Below, in pieces: positions 21,331 to 30,215 of a stretch of 47,542 nucleotides of DNA. The notes beneath the pieces were generated by a model that was not told the origin of the DNA, searched no databases, and saw nothing but the letters and a program-made list of their open reading frames with translations. This DNA is from Gammaproteobacteria bacterium (GTDB taxonomy: Bacteria; Pseudomonadota; Gammaproteobacteria; Steroidobacterales; Steroidobacteraceae). The stretch covers positions 1 through 47,542 of the forward strand of contig JAHFSF010000001.1 in assembly GCA_023265875.1 (NCBI GenBank), given 5' to 3'. Numbering within the stretch: position 1 is the first letter of the stretch; the number at the start of each line of letters is the position of its first letter. A program made the translations under genes and the position numbers.

Positions 21331-21393
21331 GGTGCCGGAGTTACGGATTTCGGATCTGGATACCCCAAATCCGAAATCCGTAACTCCGGCACC
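21331..21393. terminator. perfect 24-bp-stem hairpin immediately after rpoH (terminator or REP-like element)
   Basis: GGTGCCGGAGTTACGGATTTCGGA (21331-21354) and its exact reverse complement TCCGAAATCCGTAACTCCGGCACC (21370-21393), with a 15-nt loop. No U-tract follows. Confidence 0.5.
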
Positions 21394-21460
21394 CTCACAT
21401 GATTGACCCCGGAACGGTGGTACGCTTATACCCCTGGAAGAACGGTTGAAGGGGAACGCG

Positions 21461-22054
21461 ATGAAGATCACCCGCAGCACCATCATGACAGCCGTGCTCG
21501 CCGCGGCGATTCTGGGTCTCGGCGGTTGCGCCAGCCAGAAGGAGCCGGCCGAACAGGCGCTGGCCAGCCTCGAGAAGACACTCGAGGGTTCCAGCGACCA
21601 ATTGCAGAAATACGTGCCGGAAAGCTACCAGCAGATCAGCGGCAAGGTCGCGGCGCTCCGCGAGAGCCTTGCCAGGGAAGACTACCGCGCCGTCGTGTCC
21701 GATGCGCCGGCGCTCGCGGATGAGCTGCGCAGGGCAGTCGCGGACAGCGCCATCAAGCACGCGCAGGCAAGGGTCGCGATGGAGGCCGAGTGGACGGACC
21801 TCGTCAAGACGATGCCTGCCCTGGTAGCCGCGGTCGACAAGAAAATCGCGGCGCAGGCCGGACGCCCGCCAAAGGGCATGGACCGCGACGCCTACAAGGC
21901 ACTGCTTGCGACCTACGACGCCGCCCGGGCTTCCTGGGGCAAGATTTCCGAGTCGGTCGACGCTGCGAACTTCGATGCAACGGTCATGGCGGCCCGCGAG
22001 GCGAAGACCGCAATAACGGGGGTCATGGATTCGCTGGGTATCAAGGCTTCCTGA
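21461..22054 (+). CDS. helical lipoprotein of unknown function (paralog 1)
   Basis: Lipobox LGLGGC. Shares QKYVPxxY, WTxL...P.LVA and PKGMD motifs with the next gene. Confidence 0.7.
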   Translation: MKITRSTIMTAVLAAAILGLGGCASQKEPAEQALASLEKTLEGSSDQLQKYVPESYQQISGKVAALRESLAREDYRAVVSDAPALADELRRAVADSAIKHAQARVAMEAEWTDLVKTMPALVAAVDKKIAAQAGRPPKGMDRDAYKALLATYDAARASWGKISESVDAANFDATVMAAREAKTAITGVMDSLGIKAS

Positions 22055-22063
22055 GGAGGTCAC

Positions 22064-22651
22064 GTGAACAAGATGATCCGCGTGGCCGCGTTGGCAGCAC
22101 TCCTGGTGATGGCCGGGGGCTGCTCGCAGAAGGATCCAGCACAGGAGGCCATCGCTGCCGCCGAAGCTGCGCTCGCCGCGGTTTATGAGGATGCCCAGAA
22201 GTACGTTCCCGACAAGTACGCCGAGGTGAAGTCGCAGCTCGAGGCGGCCCGCACGGCATTCAACGAGGAGCGGTATGCGGATGCGATCGCGGCTGTCAAG
22301 GACGTACCCGCGCGCGCCGAGGAACTCGCCAATGCCGCGCTAGAGGCCAAGCAGAAGCTGCACGAACAGCTCAGTGCAGACTGGACCCGCCTGTCCGGCA
22401 GCCTGCCAAAGCTGGTCGCGGGCATCGAAGCCAGGCTCGGCGAACTCGGCAAGATGCGCAGGCTTCCCAAGGGCATGGACAAGCAGCTGTTCGATGAGGC
22501 CAATGCGGCATTCGGCAGCTTGAAGAGCACCTGGGATGAGGCCGGCGCGTCATTTGCCGCCGGAGACCTCGAAGTGGCCGTCGTGAAGGCCGGGAATGCC
22601 GAAGCCATGGCCCAGGACCTGATGGCCCGGCTCAGCATGCAGGCCAGCTGA
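22064..22651 (+). CDS. helical lipoprotein of unknown function (paralog 2)
   Basis: Lipobox VMAGGC. GTG 22064 lies 4 nt after GGAGG (ATG 22073 is an alternative). Clear paralogy with 21461..22054. Confidence 0.7.
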   Translation: MNKMIRVAALAALLVMAGGCSQKDPAQEAIAAAEAALAAVYEDAQKYVPDKYAEVKSQLEAARTAFNEERYADAIAAVKDVPARAEELANAALEAKQKLHEQLSADWTRLSGSLPKLVAGIEARLGELGKMRRLPKGMDKQLFDEANAAFGSLKSTWDEAGASFAAGDLEVAVVKAGNAEAMAQDLMARLSMQAS

Positions 22652-22670
22652 GTCCCGGGGAAGACTGCGG

Positions 22671-23879
22671 ATGTCAACCGCTGCCGATTTCGCCGCGACT
22701 CGCAAGGGCGCACGCACCCATCTCGATGCGCTCGACCTCTATGGCGTTCGCGCCTCGCTCAGCGACGAGGAACGGATGGTCCAGGATTCCGTCGCGCGGT
22801 TCGTGGACGACCGCGTGCTGCCCGTGATCCGGAAGCATTTCGAGGAACACAGCTTCCCGCGCGATCTGGTGCCCGGCCTGGCGGAACTCGGCCTGCTCGG
22901 CAGCTCGCTCGAAGGCTACGGCTGCGCCGGCATGAACGCGGTGTCCTACGGCCTCATCTGCCAGGAACTCGAACGCGGCGATTCCGGCATACGCAGCTTT
23001 GTCTCGGTGCAGTCGAGCCTCTGCATGTACCCGATCCATGCCTACGGCAGCGACGAGCAGAAGGAAAGATTCCTGCCGCGCATGGCGACCGGTGAACTGA
23101 TCGGCTGCTTCGGGCTGACCGAGCCGCATGGCGGGTCGGATCCCGGCAACATGAAGACGCATGCGAAACGGCGCGGCCGCGACTGGGTGCTGAACGGTTC
23201 CAAGATGTGGATCACGAACGCGCCGATCGCCGACCTTGCGATCGTGTGGGCGAGGACCGACGAGGGAATCCGCGGATTCATCGTCGAGAAAGGCATGCGC
23301 GGTCTTGCCGCCCCGGAGATCGAGCGCAAGTTCTCACTGCGCGCATCGGCAACCGGCGCGCTGTACTTCGAGGATGTCGTCGTGCCGGAGGCGAACGTGC
23401 TGCCCGGCACCACGATCGGTCTCAAGGCGCCGTTGTCCTGCCTGACACAGGCGCGCTATGGCATCACCTGGGGCGTCATCGGCGCGGCCCAGGCCTGCCT
23501 GGCGCAGCTGCTGGATTACACCCAGACCCGCATCCTTTTCGGCCGGCCGCTCGCGGCGAACCAGGCGATCCAGATCCGGCTCGCGGAAATGGCGCGCGGC
23601 ATCACCGGCGCGCAGCTGCTGGCGCTGCAACTCGGCCGGCTCAAGGACCAGGGCCGGATGCACCCGACCCAGGTGTCGCTCGCCAAGTGGAACAACTGCC
23701 GCATCGCGCTCGACATCGCGCGCGATGCCAGGGACATGCTGGGCGGTTCCGGCATCAGCGCCGAGTACGTGCCGATACGGCACGCGCTCAACCTCGAAAG
23801 CGTGATCACCTACGAAGGCACCGAGACCATCCACCAGCTGACGATCGGACGCGAACTGACCGGCATCAACGCTTTCTGA
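22671..23879 (+). CDS. gcdH: glutaryl-CoA dehydrogenase-like acyl-CoA dehydrogenase
   Basis: Acyl-CoA dehydrogenase architecture: GCFGLTEPHGGSDPG, YEGTETIHQLTIGRELTG, and an N-terminus typical of GcdH. Confidence 0.8.
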   Translation: MSTAADFAATRKGARTHLDALDLYGVRASLSDEERMVQDSVARFVDDRVLPVIRKHFEEHSFPRDLVPGLAELGLLGSSLEGYGCAGMNAVSYGLICQELERGDSGIRSFVSVQSSLCMYPIHAYGSDEQKERFLPRMATGELIGCFGLTEPHGGSDPGNMKTHAKRRGRDWVLNGSKMWITNAPIADLAIVWARTDEGIRGFIVEKGMRGLAAPEIERKFSLRASATGALYFEDVVVPEANVLPGTTIGLKAPLSCLTQARYGITWGVIGAAQACLAQLLDYTQTRILFGRPLAANQAIQIRLAEMARGITGAQLLALQLGRLKDQGRMHPTQVSLAKWNNCRIALDIARDARDMLGGSGISAEYVPIRHALNLESVITYEGTETIHQLTIGRELTGINAF

Positions 23880-23991
23880 GGCGGCGGGCTGCGGCCCGTG
23901 CGGCAGTTCACAAAATCCACCGCCGGTCGCTCCTTCAGCTCCTGTTCAGCCGCGCGGGCACTAGACTGTGCCCGCAACAGAGGAGGAATCC

Positions 23992-24573
23992 ATGATGCGC
24001 CATCGCAGACTCCTGCCCGCGACGATACTGCTCGTTTCCGCAGCCATGGCCGCCCCGCTCGCCCTCGCCGATCCGCCATCGCATGCACCCGCCTGGGGCT
24101 GGCGGGCGAAGCACGATGCCCGCTATGTCGGCTACACGGGCTACCGCTGGCACGATGATTTCGGCGTTCGCGAAGGACATTGCGATCGCAATCGCGTCAG
24201 CACCGCGATCGGTGCCGTCATCGGCGGTGCCATCGGGTCCACGGTTGGCAGCGGCGACAATCGCCTGATCGCGATCCTCGCCGGTGCGACGATCGGCGCG
24301 GTCATCGGCCGCGAGATCGGGCGCGACATGGATCGCAGTGACCACGCCTGCTTCGGCCATTCGCTGGAACTGCAGGACGACGGACACCGGGTCTATTGGG
24401 ACGGCGCACGGCCGGGCATGCGCTATACGTTGACGCCCGCGGGCCGTTTCACGCGGGACGACCGTGTCTGCCGGAAGTTCACGCTGCTGCGCGACTTCGA
24501 CGGCGAGCGGATCGTCAGGCATGGCAGCGCCTGCCGCTACGGCGAAGGCGAGTGGCGCATGATCGACGGCTGA
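23992..24573 (+). CDS. glycine-zipper / 17-kDa surface-antigen family outer-membrane protein
   Basis: Signal peptide, glycine zipper AIGAVIGGAIGSTVGSG...LAGATIGAVIG, and a Cys-containing C-terminal domain. ATG follows AGGAGG. Confidence 0.7.
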   Translation: MMRHRRLLPATILLVSAAMAAPLALADPPSHAPAWGWRAKHDARYVGYTGYRWHDDFGVREGHCDRNRVSTAIGAVIGGAIGSTVGSGDNRLIAILAGATIGAVIGREIGRDMDRSDHACFGHSLELQDDGHRVYWDGARPGMRYTLTPAGRFTRDDRVCRKFTLLRDFDGERIVRHGSACRYGEGEWRMIDG

Positions 24574-24670
24574 TGGCCCGGGCAGGACGGCGGGGTCAAC
24601 ACCGCCACTTGCTCAATCCACCGGATGGTGCAGTATTCCCTGCGCCGGCTCGCGCCGGGCAGGAGACAGC

Positions 24671-26407
24671 ATGCAGAGGACCGCAGCGTGGCTTGCGCGC
24701 CATGCGCTGGAGCAGCTCGGTGTCCGCCATACCTTCGGGATTCCCGGCGTGCACAACACCGAGCTCTACGATGAGCTCGGCGCCTCCGGGTCGGTCACTC
24801 CGGTGCTGGTCGCGCACGAAGGCGGTGGCGCCTTCATGGCCGACGCGGTCAGCCGCACGGGCGCGGGACTCGGCACGCTGCTGATCGTGCCTGCCGCAGG
24901 CGTGACCCACGCAGCCAGCGGCATCGGCGAGGCATACCTCGACGGCATCCCGATGCTCGTCATCGCCGGCGGAATCCGCCGCGACACCGGCCGCGCCTAC
25001 CAGTTGCACGACATCGACCAGCATGCCCTGCTCGCGCCGATCACCAAGGGCCGCCGGCGGGTCGAGACCCATGCGGAGGTCGTGCCGGCGATCTACGACG
25101 CATGGCGCCTTGCAATGAGCGGCGAGCCGGGCCCCGTGTTCGTCGAAATTCCGGTCAACCTGCAATTGATGCCGGGCGATACGGGCGAAATCCCGCCATT
25201 CGTGCCGTTGCCACGCGCCAGCCACCGCGCCGCGCCCGCGGACATCGCGCGCGCAGCCGGGTTGCTGCACCGCGCCGACCGGCCCGGTATTTTCTGCGGC
25301 TGGGGCGCCGTCGATGCGACCGGGGAGCTGCGCCAGCTCGCCGAGACGCTCGGCGCGCCGGTTGCAACCACGCTGCAGGGCCTGTCGGCTTTTCCTGCCA
25401 CCCATCCGCTGCACGCCGGTTTCGGGCTCGGCCCCGCCGCCGTGCCGGCGTCGGAAAACGCCTTTCGCGAATGCGACTGCATGCTCGCAGTGGGCACACG
25501 GTTCGCCGAGATACCGACAGGCAGCTATGGCTACGATCCGCCGGCGAACCTGATCCATGTCGACATCAATCCCAGGGTCTTCGGCGCCAACTATCCGGCG
25601 TCCGTCGCGCTCGAGGGCGATGCCCGCACCGTGCTCGCGGCGCTAATCGAGTTGCTGGGCCCCGTGCCAGCGGGCGTCGAGCGGGCGCGGCGCGTCAGCG
25701 ACCGGATCGCCGCCGACAAGCGTGCCTACCGCGCGGAGTGGCTCGCGCATGACTCGAAAGGCCGCGTCAATCCGGCCCGATTCTTCGATGCATTGCGCGG
25801 CCGGCTGCCGGATGACGCGATTGTCGTCGCCGACGACGGCAACCACACGTTCCTGGTCGCCGAGCTGATGCCGATCATTGCCCCGCGCAGCTTCTTTTCC
25901 CCGTCCGACTTCAACTCGATGGGCTACTGCATCCCCGCGGTGATCGGCGCAAAACTCGCCCGGCCGGACCGCACGGTCGTCGGCATCGTCGGCGACGGCG
26001 CCGTGCGCATGACCGGGCTCGAGATGGCGACCGCGGTCGCGCAGCAGGCCGGCGTCGTCTGGTTCGTGTTCAACGACGGCGAACTTGCGCAGATCGCGCA
26101 GGCGCAGGAGACGCCCTACAACCGCAAGACCTGCACCGTGCTGCCGGAGCTTGATTTCGAGGGACTCGCCCGGGCCAACCGCGTGGGATTCCGCGTCATG
26201 CGCAATGACCAGGATATCGAGCGCGTCATTTCCGACGCGCTGGCCGCCGCAGCGGCCGGCCAGCCGGTGCTGGTGGACGTGCACATCGACTACACGAGGC
26301 GCACGCGCTTCACCGATGGCGTGATCCGGACCAACCTCGAGCGATTCGGGCTCGCGGACAAGGCGCGCCTCGTCGGCCGCGCGCTATGGCGGCGCGTGAC
26401 CGGCTGA
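24671..26407 (+). CDS. thiamine pyrophosphate-dependent enzyme (acetolactate synthase large-subunit-like)
   Basis: N-terminal LEQLGVRHTFGIPGVHNTELYDEL and the TPP-binding motif GDGAVRMTGLEMATAV...VFNDG. Confidence 0.8.
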   Translation: MQRTAAWLARHALEQLGVRHTFGIPGVHNTELYDELGASGSVTPVLVAHEGGGAFMADAVSRTGAGLGTLLIVPAAGVTHAASGIGEAYLDGIPMLVIAGGIRRDTGRAYQLHDIDQHALLAPITKGRRRVETHAEVVPAIYDAWRLAMSGEPGPVFVEIPVNLQLMPGDTGEIPPFVPLPRASHRAAPADIARAAGLLHRADRPGIFCGWGAVDATGELRQLAETLGAPVATTLQGLSAFPATHPLHAGFGLGPAAVPASENAFRECDCMLAVGTRFAEIPTGSYGYDPPANLIHVDINPRVFGANYPASVALEGDARTVLAALIELLGPVPAGVERARRVSDRIAADKRAYRAEWLAHDSKGRVNPARFFDALRGRLPDDAIVVADDGNHTFLVAELMPIIAPRSFFSPSDFNSMGYCIPAVIGAKLARPDRTVVGIVGDGAVRMTGLEMATAVAQQAGVVWFVFNDGELAQIAQAQETPYNRKTCTVLPELDFEGLARANRVGFRVMRNDQDIERVISDALAAAAAGQPVLVDVHIDYTRRTRFTDGVIRTNLERFGLADKARLVGRALWRRVTG

Positions 26408-26408
26408 A

Positions 26409-26993
26409 TCAGTCCGCTCCGGGGACGCAGTCGATGTCGCGCGCTTCGAACCGGGCGCACAGGCCGCGCACGGCAGCCTCGTCGAGCGGGCGCGTGCGCA
26501 GTCTCCAGGGATCCCGGGTCCCGGCGGCGGGTGGCTGGATGCGCAGTTCCATGCCCTGCAGCAGATCCGCGTGATCGCGGGCCAGCCGCGCGAGCAGCGA
26601 GCGCGCCGCCGCCTCCTTGGAAAACGCGCCGAATTGCGCCGTGAATGTGCGTGCCGCCGGTTCGGACGGGGGCGCACGGGCCAGCACGAAGTCGGACAGG
26701 CGGTCCCGTGCCGCCGCCGCGTGGCGGCCATCCGGGTAGGCACCGAGGTAACGCTGGAAGGCTTCGGGTGTGCCGAGCTGGTTTGCCCGCACCCATTCGC
26801 TCTCCTCCCGCAGTTCGCCGATCCGCGCGCGGGCCTCGGCAGCGTGCGCCCCGGCCGGAAACTGCTCGAGGTAGTGTTCATAGGCGAGCACGCTGTTCTC
26901 GCCCCTCGCTTCGCGCCAGCCGGTTTCCTGCCGGCTGCAGGCCGCGAGCAGGCAGCCGCACATGAGCCACGCGAGAATGCACTGCCCCCGCAA
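26409..26993 (-). CDS. SPOR-domain lipoprotein
   Basis: C-terminal SPOR-like FTAQFGAFSKEAAARSLLARL...WRLRTRPL. Two AYxxYLxxFPxGxHAAxARxR repeats. TTG 26993 lies 5 nt after AGGAG and gives signal MRGQCILAWLMCGCLLAAC. Confidence 0.6.
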   Translation of the reverse strand: MRGQCILAWLMCGCLLAACSRQETGWREARGENSVLAYEHYLEQFPAGAHAAEARARIGELREESEWVRANQLGTPEAFQRYLGAYPDGRHAAAARDRLSDFVLARAPPSEPAARTFTAQFGAFSKEAAARSLLARLARDHADLLQGMELRIQPPAAGTRDPWRLRTRPLDEAAVRGLCARFEARDIDCVPGAD

Positions 26994-27030
26994 GGAGACT
27001 CCTATAATCCGGCGACGCAGCGGAGAGAAA

Positions 27031-27801
27031 TTGAAGCCAGCGCCCGCCCGGCCGGATCCACCCGAGATCGTCGCACACCGCGGCGACGCGGAACACTTTC
27101 CCGAGAATTCCCTGCCGGGGCTCGAAGCCGCCTGGCGCCTTGGGCTGCGGTACGCGGAATTCGACATCCAGCTGTCGGCTGACGGCGTGCCCTACGTGAT
27201 CCACGACGCGAGCCTCGACCGCACGACCAATGCGACCGGCGACCTGCGCCTGATGATGTCCGGCCAGCTGGACGGCATCGACGCCGGGGAACCACGGCGT
27301 TTCGGCATACGGCACGCCGGCACGCGCCTGCCGCGGCTTGCCGCGGTCGTCGAGCTGATGAAGCGCTTCCCCCGCGCCCGGGCCTTCGTCGAGCTCAAGC
27401 GTGCCAGTCTCGTGCACCACGGCCGCGAACATTGCGTCGAGCGCATACTCGAGACGCTCGCGGGCGTGCTGAAGCGCTGCATGCTGATTTCCTTCGACCT
27501 CGAGGCCTGCCGCCTTGCGCGGGCGGCAAGCGGCCGGCCCATCGGCTGGGTGTTCGCGGGCGAGTTCGCCGCGGCATTGCCCCTGCTCGAGGACTTGCGG
27601 CCCGAGTTCGCATTCTGCGACTACCGCCTATTGCCGGCGAGCGGGCCGTTGCCGCATGGATCCTGGACCTGGGCGGTGTACGAAGTGACGGATGAGCGAC
27701 TTGCGCGTGCGCTGCACGCGCGCGGCGTGACACTGGTCGAGTCGATGGCGCCGGCGCGCCTGAAGGCGCAGCTTACCCGCGGCCTGGAACAGCAGGCATG
27801 A
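27031..27801 (+). CDS. glycerophosphodiester phosphodiesterase (UgpQ-like)
   Basis: EIVAHRGDAEHFPENSLPGLEAA and FDIQLSADGVPYVIHD motifs. Start is uncertain: TTG 27031 after GGAGAG, or ATG 26977. Confidence 0.7.
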   Translation: MKPAPARPDPPEIVAHRGDAEHFPENSLPGLEAAWRLGLRYAEFDIQLSADGVPYVIHDASLDRTTNATGDLRLMMSGQLDGIDAGEPRRFGIRHAGTRLPRLAAVVELMKRFPRARAFVELKRASLVHHGREHCVERILETLAGVLKRCMLISFDLEACRLARAASGRPIGWVFAGEFAAALPLLEDLRPEFAFCDYRLLPASGPLPHGSWTWAVYEVTDERLARALHARGVTLVESMAPARLKAQLTRGLEQQA

Positions 27802-29222
27802 GTGGACCCGTCTGCATCGCAATCGACCAGGGTGCTCACGCGACCCGCGCTTCCGCCTACGACGCGCGCGGTGCGGTGGATGGCGCCGCGATCGTGACGA
27901 TCGCGACCCAGCACAATGCGCTTGGTCACGTCGAGCACGACGCCGAGGAGGTCGTTGCGAGCGTCGTGACCGCGCTTGCGGAGCTTGCCCGCATTGTCCC
28001 GGCCGCGCGCTGGGCGGCGGCTGGATTTGCGGTGCAGCGTTCGAGCCTCGCATTCTGGGACTCGCGCGACGGACGGCCAGTCGCGCCGGTCATCTCCTGG
28101 CAGGACCGGCGCAACGCCGCCTGGCTCCGGGGCCTGACGCGCAAGGCGGACGAAGTGCAGCAGCTGACCGGGCTGCCGCTCTCGCCGCACTATGGCGCCA
28201 GCAAGCTGCGCTGGTGCCTCGATCACGTGCCGGAGGTGCGGGCCGCAGCAGCACAGGGCGTGCTGCGCGCAGGACCGCTCGCAAGTTATCTCTTGCACCG
28301 CCTGCTCATCGGGCGCCCGATGCTCGCGGATGCAGCCAACGCAGCGCGCACGCTGCTCTGGTCGCCGTACCTGCGCGACTGGTCCGACGAACTGCTGGCA
28401 TTGTTTGGCGTTCCGCGCGCAATCCTGCCAAAGGCGGTCGGCACCACGTGGCGGTTCGGCACGCTGGCCGCGGCTGGCGGGCAGGTGCCGGTCGGCATCT
28501 GCAGCGGCGACCAGTCGGTCGTGCCATTTGCAGCCGGACCACTCGATCCGCGCGCGGCCTACGTGAACCTCGGGACGGGCGCATTCGTGCTGCGTCCGTC
28601 GGGGTCCGCGCTGCGCGCGGCGCCGCTCCTGACCAGCGTGATTCGGGCCGACGAACAGCACTATGACTTTGCGCTCGAGGGAACGGTCAATGGCGCGGGC
28701 GCCGCGCTCGCCTGGCTCGAGCGACACCAGGGCGCCGCGGCCGACAGGATGCTGGCGCTGCTCGATGCCGCACCACTGACCGACGCTGAGGCGCCGTTCT
28801 TCCTGAACGGCGTCGCGGGGCTCGGCTCGCCGTTCTGGAAGCCGGAATTCGAGTCGCGCTTCGTCGGCGAAGGTTCGGACCTCCAGCAATGCCGCGCCGT
28901 GCTGGAGAGCGTCGCATTCCTGGTCAAGGCAAACCTCGACGAGATGGACCGTCATGTGGCCGCGCCGGGGCGGCTGGTCGCAAGCGGCGGACTCGCCGGG
29001 AATCGACTGCTGTGCCGGATGCTGGCAGAGCTGTCGCAGGTACCGGTGGACCGGTACAGCGACGGCGAAGCGACTTCACGCGGACTCGCATACCTGGTCG
29101 CCGGCGAGCCGGCGGACTTCACGACCCCGGCCATGCAGCGATTCGAGCCCGAGCCCGATCAGCGGCTGCTGGCGCGCTACCTCAAGTGGCTCGAGCTGAT
29201 GCGCGCGGCCGCCGGTCATTGA
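27798..29222 (+). CDS. FGGY-family carbohydrate kinase (glycerol-kinase-like)
   Basis: AIDQGAHATRA N-terminal actin-fold motif, NLGTGAF, and GGLAGNRLLCRMLAE. The ATG overlaps the GDPD stop (ATGA). Confidence 0.75.
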   Translation: MSGPVCIAIDQGAHATRASAYDARGAVDGAAIVTIATQHNALGHVEHDAEEVVASVVTALAELARIVPAARWAAAGFAVQRSSLAFWDSRDGRPVAPVISWQDRRNAAWLRGLTRKADEVQQLTGLPLSPHYGASKLRWCLDHVPEVRAAAAQGVLRAGPLASYLLHRLLIGRPMLADAANAARTLLWSPYLRDWSDELLALFGVPRAILPKAVGTTWRFGTLAAAGGQVPVGICSGDQSVVPFAAGPLDPRAAYVNLGTGAFVLRPSGSALRAAPLLTSVIRADEQHYDFALEGTVNGAGAALAWLERHQGAAADRMLALLDAAPLTDAEAPFFLNGVAGLGSPFWKPEFESRFVGEGSDLQQCRAVLESVAFLVKANLDEMDRHVAAPGRLVASGGLAGNRLLCRMLAELSQVPVDRYSDGEATSRGLAYLVAGEPADFTTPAMQRFEPEPDQRLLARYLKWLELMRAAAGH

Positions 29223-30215
29223 TCAGGCACGTAGCAGGTCCTCGACGATCAGGCGATCGATCCAGCTCGGCCCCCGCAGCGCGTCCATGTAACCGCAGTG
29301 GCCGCCGCGCGCAGTCAGGGTCAGTTCAAGCGACGACGGCCTGGCAATCCGCTCCAGATCGCGCGCCAGGACGATCGGGTCATCCCGCGACGTGACGATG
29401 CGTGTCGGCACCCGCAGCGCGGCGAGGACATCGCCCGTGATCGAGTAACCGCGCAGGTAACTGGCCAGGTCCGGAAAATCCGTGTAGCGCAGCACCATGC
29501 GTCCGGTCATCGACGTCATCGACGGTTCGCGCAACAGCTCGCTGAAGTCATAGGTCGATGGCCAGGCTGCCTGCTTCGCGCGTAGCGAACGGCGCCACTT
29601 GAACAGGAAGTACCGCCGGTACATTGCCGGGGCGGACTCGAGTGCCGCCAGCGTTGTCGCCGGATCTATCACCGGGCAGACGGCGACGATGCGCGCGATC
29701 CTCAGGCCCGCGCCCGGAGCCCGCGCCCCCACCCGCAGCATGAAATTGCCACCGAGCGAGAATCCCGCCAGTGACAATTGCGCAGCGGGAAAGAGCACCT
29801 GCAGCCGGCCGACCGCGCCGACGATTTCCGCAATGCGACAGGAGTGAAACAGGCCCTCGTTCAGGGCATGCGTGCCGCCGTGATCGCGCAGGTTGAGCCG
29901 CAGCACGGCAAAACCGCGCTGATGCAGCAGCTGCGCGATCGACAGGACGTAGAGCGAATCGGAACTGCCTTCCCAGCCATGCAGCAGCACCGTGAGGCGG
30001 CGCGGCTCGATGGCAGTTGCTGCGGGCGGATCCGCATACCAGCCCATCAGCCGGACACCGTCGCCACAGTCCAGGATCAACCGGCGACTGGCGGCGATGA
30101 CCTCGTGTGCGCGGCGCTCGGCAGCCGCGCGCCGGATCGGGAGGCTGGGCAGCACGGACTGCAGGTGAGCATTCGCGAGCCAGGCCGGCGGGCGGAAACT
30201 GTTCAATTCATCCAA
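29223..30215 (-). CDS. YheT/ABHD-type alpha/beta hydrolase
   Basis: FRPPAWLANAHLQSVLPSL N-terminus, HGWEGSSDSLYV, and nucleophile elbow GFSLGGN. Start is TTG 30215 (8-nt overlap with the upstream gene) or GTG 30260. Confidence 0.75.
   Translation of the reverse strand: MDELNSFRPPAWLANAHLQSVLPSLPIRRAAAERRAHEVIAASRRLILDCGDGVRLMGWYADPPAATAIEPRRLTVLLHGWEGSSDSLYVLSIAQLLHQRGFAVLRLNLRDHGGTHALNEGLFHSCRIAEIVGAVGRLQVLFPAAQLSLAGFSLGGNFMLRVGARAPGAGLRIARIVAVCPVIDPATTLAALESAPAMYRRYFLFKWRRSLRAKQAAWPSTYDFSELLREPSMTSMTGRMVLRYTDFPDLASYLRGYSITGDVLAALRVPTRIVTSRDDPIVLARDLERIARPSSLELTLTARGGHCGYMDALRGPSWIDRLIVEDLLRA

Noticed and set aside
21331-21393. The 24-bp inverted repeat considered as a MITE/IS terminal repeat or a CRISPR-like repeat.
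   Set aside because: It occurs as a single copy in the window, with no target-site duplication, no transposase, and no spacer-repeat periodicity. I kept it as a hairpin or terminator candidate instead.
26977-27030. An ATG 26977 start for the glycerophosphodiesterase, which would create a divergent overlap with the SPOR lipoprotein gene.
   Set aside because: The added residues (MHCPRKETPIIRRRSGEK) are not family-like. TTG 27031 has a GGAG-type SD and gives the usual short lead-in to the HRG motif. The choice remains uncertain.
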